A stretch of DNA of 59,532 nt, counting the filler. It is 9 parts of 9 records of this genome, joined end to end, with 100 filler letters (N's around TTAATTAATTAA, not from the genome) between each part and the next. Parts side by side here need not be neighbours in the genome. Positions count along the whole stretch, not along the records: positions 8,360 to 13,587 come from SRR31147125_21488; positions 13,688 to 20,448 come from SRR31147125_21545; positions 20,549 to 26,370 come from SRR31147125_21562; 6 more parts are not named here. One strand, written 5' to 3'. This document shows positions 11,601 through 20,918 of the stretch, piece after piece. The notes under the pieces are model-generated. The model was given only the letters and a program-made list of their open reading frames with translations, was not told the DNA's origin and searched no databases. The first letter of the stretch is position 1, and each line of letters opens with the position of its first letter. A program made the translations under genes and the position numbers.

Positions 11601-13587
11601 GGAGATATCTTTGTTACAGAAACTAATAGAGTTGGGGATAGTACAAAATCGCTCTATTCAGCAAATGGAATGCTTCTACAAGAGATTGACGAGAAGGACT
11701 ATATTACCTCTTATATATATAATGAATACTCGCAGAAAATAGGTATGGTAGATGCAAGAGGAAATGATAGACATTACACATACTATTCTGATGGAAGTCT
11801 AGAAAAAATTGAGGAACCATCAATAGGTTCCGGCACAAAAGAAACCATATTTGGTTATACTGATGGTGACTTAACTTTAATTACTGATGATAAAGGGAAT
11901 CAAACTGTTTATAATTATTCAAATGATGGTAAACACAATCTGCTTAGTGAAACTAATGCAGAAGGTCATGTGACATCATACACTTACAATACTGACTCTC
12001 AAGTGGCTACTATGACAACGCCAATGGGAAGCATGTCAGAATACACTTATCTGAATGGAATGCTTGATGTACTTTCAGTAGATGGTGACGAAACGAGTTA
12101 TCAATATTATGATACGGGTCTTGTTTTAAAAGTGATTGATCCAAGGCTTAATGAGACCACATACACATATGATAATCGTGGAGCAGTTTTAACAGAGAAG
12201 AATGATTTGTTAGAGTCAATTACCAACACTTACTATAGTAATGGCTTGCTTCATACAATCACTGACAGAAACAATAATACTACAACCTATGATTATGATG
12301 GTAATGGGAATTTAACGAAGGTCAATAATAGTAAAAATGAAAATATCTTCAGTACTTATGATGGAGAAGATAGGTTACTAACTGTCAAGAATGAGAATTA
12401 TAACCCAATAGTTTACACATATGATGAACGGGGTCTAGTGGTTTCAAAACAAGATCAAAACGGTAATACCTTAGATTTTGAATATGATGAACTAGGTAAT
12501 TTAATTAAAGAGTTTGATGCATATGATAATTGGATTAAAACTTATGAATATGACGAGAGAAATAATGTTCATAAAATCAAGGATGCATATCAAGTAGAAA
12601 CTATTATGGAATATGATGATTTGGATTTGATGACTTCAATGACAGATCGTGAAAATAATATGTATCAGTATGCATATAATGATATTGGTGATTTAGAAAT
12701 AGTAACAGATCCAGCATTGAGTACGAGTTCCCAAATACTTGATATTCCAAACAAGACGTTTACTCAAACAGATAATAATGGCAATCAAATGATTCTTGAT
12801 TATAATGCCAAGGCACAAGTTGTTAAAAGAAAATTCACAACGACAGACTACATTCAATATGACTACAACTCAGTTGGTTTATTGTCTTCCATGACAAATG
12901 CAAGAAACAATCAATTTGCCTATGATTATGATTCTTTAAATAGACTTTCCACAGAACAACTAGGGTCTGAAATAACAACATATGGTTACGACGATAACAG
13001 TAATCTAGAGACAATTACAAATAGTCAGGGAACTATTACAAGGGTTTATGATGAACTAAATAGAGTTACGAGTTTTACAGATGTAAATAGCAATACAATT
13101 GGGTTCACCTATGATGATAGAGGCAACGTTGAGACTATAACCTATCCAGGAAACAAAGTAGTCACATACACTTATGATCAAGGGAACCGATTAACATCAG
13201 TAAAAGATTGGAACAATGACACTACATCGTATGAGTATTATGACACTAATCAATTAAAGAAAATCACTAGACCTAATGGTACGGCTGTAACTTACACTTA
13301 TGACCTTAATGGCTATTTGGAGACTCAAGTGGATGAAGATGTTGGTGGAACAGATATTTACAATGTTTCTTTATCTCAAAATTATGAAGGCCATGTAGAA
13401 TCAGAGACGTATGCAGATTATACAACAACAAATACCCTTGATGTTTTATATCAGTTAGATCAATCTGTTGAGAAAGACAGTCAGCAAGTAACACTTAATG
13501 ATTTTGATTATGCATATGATGATGGTGGCAATGTTGAAAGTATCGTAGAAAACACTCAAAGCAACTTGATAACATATACCTCAGACA
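8649..13587 (+). CDS. Secreted SBBP beta-propeller repeat plus DUF6531/RHS (YD-repeat) protein, 3'-truncated
   Basis: Signal peptide. N-terminal domain ending PLIIDP. Repeats of D..GNIYVTG.T....FPTT.GAYD....G..D.F. GAIPLTF...GYLGNGWQHNY, then many T.Y.YD..G.L repeats. RBS AAGGAGG. Confidence 0.9.
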
Positions 13588-13689
13588 NNNNNNNNNNNNN
13601 NNNNNNNNNNNNNNNNNNNNNNNNNNNNNNNTTAATTAATTAANNNNNNNNNNNNNNNNNNNNNNNNNNNNNNNNNNNNNNNNNNNNTT

Positions 13690-16338
13690 GCTTTCACATG
13701 GAGCTACACCACGCAGTCTGTCACCAAGGAACTGGTTGCGATTCGTAAAGGACTCTGGGGTGCTGGTCCATTATCATGGTTAAAAGACAAGTATGCACCA
13801 GACATGAAGCAGATTGATCGTTTGACTCTTCTTGAAGAAGACAACAAAGACACTGGATTTGATGAGCGAGATCAGTACATTCTGCCTGTCGGTAACTTGC
13901 AGGAAATTTTAAAGATTGCCGGTGTTATGCTTTTGGCAGAACTCGTCGGTGAAGCGCACGCAGCGGAATCGGTAGATTTCCTTGTTCAGACGATGGACAG
14001 CTTGTCGCATATTGTATCAGGTCGATTTACTTCACCATATTTCCTTGCGGATCAGGATGGAATCGGTACGGAGGCTTATGCCGACGATCATGATGAATCC
14101 TTCAAAATCGATCTTGGCAAGGGTGAGGCTCATGTTGGCGAAGACGAAGTAACATGGTGGTGTATTATTCCACGAGAAACCGAGCAATACAAACAGCCTT
14201 TCCCGACAACATTGTATTCTCACGGTTATTCGGCCAACCGCTTTGAGGCTATTGGTTTTGCAAGCCTTATGGCAAGATACGGAATAGCTACCTGCGGTAT
14301 CGACTCTGTTGGTCATGGTTTGGTTATCCCACCAAACTTCTCCGAAGATCCGATGGTCATTATGCTGCTCGAACAACTCAAAGTAAAACCGACAATCGAT
14401 AGCATCTCAACAGGACGCGCCAGAGATATGAATAACGACGGTGTACCTGATTCCGGTGGTGATTTCTGGACTGCTGACACTTTCCATACTCGTGATGTTG
14501 TTCGCCAGTCTGTTATCGATACAATCCAGTTTGCCAGAATTCTAAGATCATATGATGGCGAGAAAAAATGGAAAGCGGGAGTATTCGAGGATAACGACAA
14601 GTACTTCAACGGAGCTAAAAAACCTGAAATCGCTGGCGATTTTGATGCTGATGGAAAACCCGATGTAGGTGGCCCGAATCAGGACTACTACCCGTGGGGT
14701 CAATCTCTTGGTGGTTTCATTTCCGCTTTGCTTGCTGCTGTCGATCCAGCTATGGTTGCTACTGCTCCTGTTTCAGGTGCAGCCGGTTTGATTGATGTTG
14801 GACTTAGAAGTATTCAGGACGGTGTTATGCAGGCAGTCTTCCTTCCATTTATGGGCCCGATTCTGATGGCTCAGCCTGTGGATGGATCTGACCAGCTTTC
14901 ATTTACATTCCTCATTTCCGACAACACAAGATGGTGGGGACAAAATGATGGTGCCCACGAGCAATTCATGAGAGATTTTGCCAGAACCAAAGATGGCGTC
15001 AAGGTTGAGGTGGGTGATGAGATTCATATAACGAATCTTAACACTAAAGACGATCATCCTGAAACCGAGGATAGCTGGCATTGTACGCTTAAAAAGGATT
15101 TGACTTGCCGCACCGGATTTTCTGCCGATGCTCTTGATGCTCTTGAAAAACGTCACACGATCTTCAAGAAAAAAGACGAGTGGTACTTCAGAGGAGTGAA
15201 AGAAATTATCGCTCCAAGAGAAGGCAAGGTAAAATTCTGGGAACCAACTGAAGAGCAGCTTGCAGATATGACGGATGAACAACGCCGCTTGCATAATCTG
15301 CGTTCGGAAATGGTTTGGATCGATGATGCAACAAAAGTTGGTGATCAACTGAAAATAGAAATCAAAAGCCCCGATGGAACAGTCAAGGATACAATCGAAA
15401 CATGGGGACAAAATACAGAAACTGTCGAAGGCGCGCCATTTGCTCCGGGATTCTTCCAGGGATTTTTCTTTAAACCTGGTGACAAGCTTGTCGCTCCGGC
15501 AGCAGGATTTGGTAAACAGCGTCAAACTCCGGAATTCAGACGCCTGATGTCCATTTCTGCAATGATCGTTGAGCCGGCTGATCCGGTCGCTTACTCAAGA
15601 TTGATGTTCGAGCGACCGGTTGACTTTAGTGAAATTCCCGAAGACAAAGAACTCTATGAGTTCCGTAAAAACAGAGACAAAGACTGGACGCCGCATGTTA
15701 ATGCTCTTATCATCCCGACCGGCGGTGATATGAATGTTCCGATAGCTGTCGAGATCAATATGGCTCGTGCCGCAAACATTCTTGAACTTTACAAAGCTCG
15801 TCCTGAGTGGGATGGAATGTTCTGCAATGGCAAAAGCTATTCGGAAAACGATCTTTTAATTTATTCCAAAACAATTGAAGCAGTCGAACATCTGAAATAC
15901 TTCAACAATTCCTGTTTCAATGAGCCACGCGAAATCAACTTCGATATCGACAATCTTGATCGCGGACTTGATGAATTCAACGCTCCGTCACCGAAAGACA
16001 TTCCACTACGAGCAACAGTCGAGAGTCGTCCATTCGAGCCGAGCGAAAGCACACAAGACAGACGACCGAAGTTTGTTAAAGATGGCGACGATGGCGATGG
16101 ACATTACACAAGTCCGCACGGAATTTCGGCGATGCGCATTCCGTTTATTACGATGGAAGGTTCGCATGGTTTCGTAGTTCCTTCGCCATACAAACAGTAT
16201 GACATCGACCAGCACATGATTAATATGGTGGGTCGCTACTTCCACACAAGAGGAAAAGAACTCTGGGATCACAAATGTCTGGCCGATTCAACTTGTTCAT
16301 TCTTCCAGAAAGACATGTACGTAACGCCGTACAAATAA
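13690..16338 (+). CDS. Large alpha/beta-hydrolase (extracellular lipase-like), 5'-truncated
   Basis: Frame is open from the contig start. HGY, IDSVGHG, GRARD.NNDG..DSGGDF..TRD..RQS, nucleophile elbow GQSLGG, later D..VP and HGF as candidate acid and His. Confidence 0.7.
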   Translation, partial: AFTWSYTTQSVTKELVAIRKGLWGAGPLSWLKDKYAPDMKQIDRLTLLEEDNKDTGFDERDQYILPVGNLQEILKIAGVMLLAELVGEAHAAESVDFLVQTMDSLSHIVSGRFTSPYFLADQDGIGTEAYADDHDESFKIDLGKGEAHVGEDEVTWWCIIPRETEQYKQPFPTTLYSHGYSANRFEAIGFASLMARYGIATCGIDSVGHGLVIPPNFSEDPMVIMLLEQLKVKPTIDSISTGRARDMNNDGVPDSGGDFWTADTFHTRDVVRQSVIDTIQFARILRSYDGEKKWKAGVFEDNDKYFNGAKKPEIAGDFDADGKPDVGGPNQDYYPWGQSLGGFISALLAAVDPAMVATAPVSGAAGLIDVGLRSIQDGVMQAVFLPFMGPILMAQPVDGSDQLSFTFLISDNTRWWGQNDGAHEQFMRDFARTKDGVKVEVGDEIHITNLNTKDDHPETEDSWHCTLKKDLTCRTGFSADALDALEKRHTIFKKKDEWYFRGVKEIIAPREGKVKFWEPTEEQLADMTDEQRRLHNLRSEMVWIDDATKVGDQLKIEIKSPDGTVKDTIETWGQNTETVEGAPFAPGFFQGFFFKPGDKLVAPAAGFGKQRQTPEFRRLMSISAMIVEPADPVAYSRLMFERPVDFSEIPEDKELYEFRKNRDKDWTPHVNALIIPTGGDMNVPIAVEINMARAANILELYKARPEWDGMFCNGKSYSENDLLIYSKTIEAVEHLKYFNNSCFNEPREINFDIDNLDRGLDEFNAPSPKDIPLRATVESRPFEPSESTQDRRPKFVKDGDDGDGHYTSPHGISAMRIPFITMEGSHGFVVPSPYKQYDIDQHMINMVGRYFHTRGKELWDHKCLADSTCSFFQKDMYVTPYK

Positions 16339-16361
16339 TAGCGAACATATTCTTGATATAC

Positions 16362-16392
16362 AAAAGCACCTCAGAAGCGGGGTGCTTTTTTT
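16362..16392 (+). terminator. Intrinsic terminator
   Basis: AAAAGCACCTC-agaagc-GGGGTGCTTTTTTT. Confidence 0.85.
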
Positions 16393-16646
16393 GTTACTAC
16401 AATTAAAAAAAGATTAAGAATTTGTTGAAATACAGTAACAAATAAAACATGATTTTATATAATTTGCTTTTCAATATCTAAAATATGTTTTATATTTTTA
16501 GAGTTACATATAAAAAATAAAACTCATCATGGAATTTGTTCATAATTGATTTTCAAACAAGTGCATTATTTCTCGTACAAAGTGCGACTAAAATCAATGG
16601 CAAAACTGGCGTATATTCGGCAATCATGCAAATTATTATATAAAAT

Positions 16647-17354
16647 TTGAGGTGTGAAATGAACGAAAAAGATTTCATCATAATAATGTCAATAATTGGT
16701 TTGCCTGCCATTTTTTATTTTTCGGCAGTTGCATATTTAGGCACTAATCACTTCAAGGCAAAGATGGCTGGAAAGCATTACAACATTGCAGTTTTTGAAA
16801 GAACATTTGTGTTATCGAAACGTGCAGTTATTCGCGGTATTGCATTGTTGAGCGGTTATTTATGGATAGACTTGTTTGCGCCATCCTCACTTGCGTTTGC
16901 TGTCCAATGGTTGATCGCGTTGATGTGGGGACTTGCAAAGTTTAAAGAAACTAGCGATGAGGAAATGAGGGCTATTAGCGATAATTCAATAGCTCAACTT
17001 TCCAACATGCAGACACAGATAGCTAACATTAAACAGCATTTGGGGATACTTGGTCAAAAGGTTGCTACTGAGCAGGCTGCGATCCAGCACCACCAAAGTG
17101 TTAGGCACAAGCTGGAGCTTGAAATCGCTAAAAATAAGACACTGGCGAACATGTGGACAAAACTTAGCGAGTTAGAACGACAAGGAGTGGCTGAATTATG
17201 CTCTGATGTAGTACCCAAAGAAACAAAAAGCAGGTTTTGGCTGGGTTTGGCCTTTGGGGGTGTTCTAAGCTTACTTGCTACAGCGGTGTATGACATATGG
17301 GTTTCACCCGAAAAACAAACGATAGTAAAATGGATTGGACAATTTTGGGAATAA
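16647..17354 (+). CDS. Hypothetical membrane protein with central coiled coil (likely ATG at 16659)
   Basis: 235-aa ORF with N-terminal hydrophobic segments, Q/K-rich heptads and a C-terminal TM segment. GAGGTG RBS before ATG 16659. Confidence 0.6.
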   Translation: MRCEMNEKDFIIIMSIIGLPAIFYFSAVAYLGTNHFKAKMAGKHYNIAVFERTFVLSKRAVIRGIALLSGYLWIDLFAPSSLAFAVQWLIALMWGLAKFKETSDEEMRAISDNSIAQLSNMQTQIANIKQHLGILGQKVATEQAAIQHHQSVRHKLELEIAKNKTLANMWTKLSELERQGVAELCSDVVPKETKSRFWLGLAFGGVLSLLATAVYDIWVSPEKQTIVKWIGQFWE

Positions 17355-17412
17355 CTGCGCAGCACAACCCAATACACAAAACGAGCTATAAATTAAAAAG
17401 AACATTTTCCTC

Positions 17413-17456
17413 TTGACAACTTTAGTCTATTTCGGTATTCTGAGTCCGAATTCAGA
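17413..17456 (+). promoter_or_regulatory. Sigma70 promoter of the Rrf2 gene overlapped by a palindromic operator
   Basis: TTGACA (17413-18), N17, TATTCT (17436-41). TTCGG-N10-CCGAA at 17431-17450 overlaps the -10 box. Confidence 0.7.
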
Positions 17457-17489
17457 AAACAACTTCTGGATTCGGGATTTGGAGACGAA

Positions 17490-17930
17490 ATGAAAAGTAT
17501 CTTAAGTCTTTCAGAAGCAAGCAATCTCGCAATTCACGCTCTGGCATACATGGCCACTCTTGGAGCCAGCACTCCTGTATCTGCTATTAAAATTGCTAAA
17601 GATATCAATGTCTCCGATTCGCATTTGTCCAAAGTACTAAACAAGCTGGCAAAAGATGGATTTATTAGTTCAATAAGGGGCGCGAAGGGCGGATTCTTTT
17701 TCGAGAATGACCCGAAAGAGATTTCATTGCTGGAGATTATTGTTGCCGTCGATGGACCTTTACCTGAAGTAGGCTGTTTACTCGATCAGCCGGTTTGTGG
17801 TTCACCGGCTTGCAAGCTGCAGGGTTTGATGCAGCGAACTACCGAATTTGTCGTTAAAGAGCTAAGTGATGTAAAGCTGAAAGACTTTGTGATTACCCCC
17901 GCTGAAGCTGCGAAACAATTGATGGTTTAG
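17490..17930 (+). CDS. Rrf2 family transcriptional regulator (putative Fe-S binding)
   Basis: LAIHAL, HLSKVL..L.K.G...S.RG.KGGF, ISLLEII.AVDG, and C-x5-C-x4-C in the C-terminal part. Confidence 0.93.
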   Translation: MKSILSLSEASNLAIHALAYMATLGASTPVSAIKIAKDINVSDSHLSKVLNKLAKDGFISSIRGAKGGFFFENDPKEISLLEIIVAVDGPLPEVGCLLDQPVCGSPACKLQGLMQRTTEFVVKELSDVKLKDFVITPAEAAKQLMV

Positions 17931-18020
17931 AAAAATGAATATTTTTGAAGGAAATATATATTTGAGATTAAATCGGAAAACGGATTCCGAATACCGAAAA
18001 AGAGTTGGAGATCTTTTTTT

Positions 18021-18103
18021 TGTCATCCTGAACTCGATTCAGGATCTTCTTACATTTTCCCGGAAGAATAGATTCAAGATTCTGAATCAAGTTCAGAATG
18101 ACA
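18021..18103. repeat. REP-like composite palindromic element (GTCAT...ATGAC type)
   Basis: TGTCATCCTGAACTCGATTCAGGATCT and its imperfect inverse AGATTCTGAATCAAGTTCAGAATGACA. Each arm is itself a hairpin. Confidence 0.8.
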
Positions 18104-18165
18104 GCAATCGCACCCATTTTAAAAGTTTTGTAATTTCAGTAATTTAACGAGAGAAGGAGACTAGA

Positions 18166-19767
18166 ATGTTTTGTTATCAATGTGAACAGACAGCCAAGGG
18201 AACAGGATGTACAGTATCCGGTGTATGCGGCAAAAAACCGGAAGTGGCAGCTTTGCAGGATCTTCTGATTGCTTCTGCTAAAAGTATTTCTCAATATGCT
18301 CACAGAGCAGGAACGAGAAATGAAAAGGTCGATGAATTTGTGATTAAAGCTCTCTTCTCGACCATCACAAACGTAAATTTCGATCCGGCACGATTGCAAG
18401 AACTTCTAAATGAAGCAGATGAAGTTAAAGCTCTGGCGAAAAGTATGTGTGATGATACATTCGATGCAACGATCAACCTCAATCTTGGTGGCAGTCTTGA
18501 TGATCTCATCACTTTGGGTGAATCGCAGGCAATTTCACTTCGCACAGATACAGAAGGTGTGGATGTAACGAGCCTTAAGGAATTGATAACATACGGACTT
18601 AAAGGTATGGCAGCTTATCTCGATCACGCCAGAATTCTCGGAGTTTCCGATGATGGCGTATATGCTTTCATGCATGAAGCATTGAATTTTCTAACAGAAG
18701 ATCATACTGCCGAAGAGCTAACCGGAATGGCACTTAAAGCCGGTGAAGTAAACATCAAAGTTATGGAAATGCTCGATGGGGCGAATACGGGAACTTATGG
18801 TCATCCCGAACCGACTCAGGTTCGAGTTACAGGCGTCAAAGGCAAATGTATTCTGGTCTCAGGTCATGATTTGAAAGACCTCGAAGAATTGCTCATTCAA
18901 ACCGAAGGCAAAGGAATCAACGTTTACACTCATGGCGAAATGCTTCCCTGTAACGCCTATCCGGGACTGAAAAAATACAAACATCTGATTGGCAATTATG
19001 GAAACGCCTGGCAGCTCCAGAAAGAAGAATTCGAGGCTTTCCCCGGTGCGATTCTTATGACGACAAACTGCATCCAGAAACCTCGTGACACTTATCAAGC
19101 TCGTATCTTTACAACCGATCTCGTAGCATGGCCGGGAGTTACACACATCGATGGCTATGATTTTTCTCCAGTTATCGAAGCCGCACTGGAAGCTCCGGGA
19201 TTCAGTGAAGACGAAGAAGATAAGTCTATCACTATCGGATTTGCCAGAAACGCTGTTTTGGGAGTCGCTGACAAAGTAATCGAGGCTGTAAAAGGTGGAA
19301 ATATCAAGCACTTTTTCCTCATCGCCGGTTGTGATGGAGCTAAACCCGGACGCAATTACTACACAGAATTTGCAGAGGCAGTTCCTGAGGATTGTGTAAT
19401 TCTTACGCTCGCCTGTGGTAAATATCGTTTCAATAAACTTGAATTCGGTGATATTGGCGGTATTCCGAGGTTGCTTGATGTTGGTCAATGTAACGATGCT
19501 TATTCGGCGGTGCAAATCGCAGTTGCTTTGGCAAATGCCTTTGATACAGACGTAAACGGATTGCCGCTATCGTTTGTAATTAGTTGGTACGAGCAAAAAG
19601 CAGTAGCTATTCTGCTTTCACTGCTTCATCTCGGTATCAAAGATATTCGACTTGGACCAACTCTGCCAGCATTCGTATCACCGGCAGTTCTTGATGTGTT
19701 GGTGAAAAACTTTAACATTATGCCCAGCTCCAATGTCGAAGATGACTTGAAAGCCTGTTTGGCATAG
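18166..19767 (+). CDS. hcp: Hybrid cluster protein (hydroxylamine reductase)
   Basis: MFCYQCEQT...GCT..GVCGK, ILVSGHDL, YTHGEMLP, MTTNC, GCDG, LACGKYRF, GQCNDAY, SWYEQKA. Confidence 0.97.
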   Translation: MFCYQCEQTAKGTGCTVSGVCGKKPEVAALQDLLIASAKSISQYAHRAGTRNEKVDEFVIKALFSTITNVNFDPARLQELLNEADEVKALAKSMCDDTFDATINLNLGGSLDDLITLGESQAISLRTDTEGVDVTSLKELITYGLKGMAAYLDHARILGVSDDGVYAFMHEALNFLTEDHTAEELTGMALKAGEVNIKVMEMLDGANTGTYGHPEPTQVRVTGVKGKCILVSGHDLKDLEELLIQTEGKGINVYTHGEMLPCNAYPGLKKYKHLIGNYGNAWQLQKEEFEAFPGAILMTTNCIQKPRDTYQARIFTTDLVAWPGVTHIDGYDFSPVIEAALEAPGFSEDEEDKSITIGFARNAVLGVADKVIEAVKGGNIKHFFLIAGCDGAKPGRNYYTEFAEAVPEDCVILTLACGKYRFNKLEFGDIGGIPRLLDVGQCNDAYSAVQIAVALANAFDTDVNGLPLSFVISWYEQKAVAILLSLLHLGIKDIRLGPTLPAFVSPAVLDVLVKNFNIMPSSNVEDDLKACLA

Positions 19768-19823
19768 TTTTTAAAAGGTCGGGATTTATGCCCGGCCTGA
19801 ATTAAGTTTAAAGGAGTGATAAA

Positions 19824-20093
19824 ATGTCGGTTTGCCCTGGACAAGATTTAAGAAAGTTGAGATCCGAGTTTTATCGTTGTCCTAATTGTGGAAGCGAAGT
19901 AGAAATTTTCTCGGATGAATACAAAAGACGTTGCCAGAATTGCGGAACCAAAGTCGAAAAAGACGCTGTGCCGAATTGCGCATCATGGTGCGCTGCTGCA
20001 AAAGATTGTCTTGGCAAGGAACGCTACGAGGAATTCCTGAAACAATCGGAAGATGCTGAAAAAGAAGAAAAAGGAGAATCGAATGCCGGTTAG
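19824..20093 (+). CDS. Small Cys-rich zinc-ribbon-like protein
   Basis: CPGQD....[13 protein letters not shown]....CQNCG......[18 protein letters not shown]. Confidence 0.8.
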   Translation: MSVCPGQDLRKLRSEFYRCPNCGSEVEIFSDEYKRRCQNCGTKVEKDAVPNCASWCAAAKDCLGKERYEEFLKQSEDAEKEEKGESNAG

Positions 20094-20448
20094 AAAAATT
20101 ATCAAAATCGACGAGGAAAAATGTACTGGCTGTGGTCAATGTGTAATTGATTGTGCTGAAGGAGCCTTGGAAATCATTGATGGAAAAGCCAAGGTTATCA
20201 GAGATTCTTTGTGCGACGGTCTTGGGGCTTGCATTGGAAATTGTCCTGAAGATGCTCTCGAAATTATCGAGCGCGAAGCGGATGAATTCGATGAAGAAGA
20301 AGTTGAAAAACATCTCGCAAAACCAAAAGATGCTCCGGCTGCAACGATGGAGTGCGGTTGTCCATCGAGCATGGTTAGGACTTTCAATCCGGCTAATTTA
20401 TCCACGACAAATGAAAATCCGGCACAAATTGGCCAGGCTTCCGAATTG
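20083..20448 (+). CDS. 4Fe-4S ferredoxin-like protein of the hcp cluster, 3'-truncated
   Basis: [24 protein letters not shown] and [21 protein letters not shown] before ATG 20083. Confidence 0.88.
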
Positions 20449-20548
20449 NNNNNNNNNNNNNNNNNNNNNNNNNNNNNNNNNNNNNNNNNNNNTTAATTAA
20501 TTAANNNNNNNNNNNNNNNNNNNNNNNNNNNNNNNNNNNNNNNNNNNN

Positions 20549-20829
20549 TTTTTTGCGTGCCGTGCAAACAGGCGGATTATTAATATGACAACGCCTATCA
20601 GCGCAATTACGCTGAACAAAAAGGACAGCGGAATGAGTCCGAACGGCTCCACCACCGCCCCATTTGCCGCGACGTGACTGCCGATGGCATTGTAAGCAAT
20701 TACACAGCCCAGGGCGGCAAGTGCGGAAATGACAATCAACCCTATCAAAAAGGTATTCTTTTTTTGACGTTTCTCTTTCGTATTTGTTACGGACATCGGT
20801 TTTTTATCCAAGCGAACCTCTCCCATCAT
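20549..20829 (-). CDS. DUF3955-like small membrane protein (start uncertain; runs to contig edge)
   Basis: Two TM helices flanking GSHV.ANG.VVEPFGLIP. Confidence 0.7.
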
Positions 20830-20918
20830 ATTTTAATACATCCGGACCTTTACCATAGCGCCGGATATTAAGCCGCATGCGCGTGCTGATTTTTAAGTTA
20901 ACGGATTCGGATGACACC

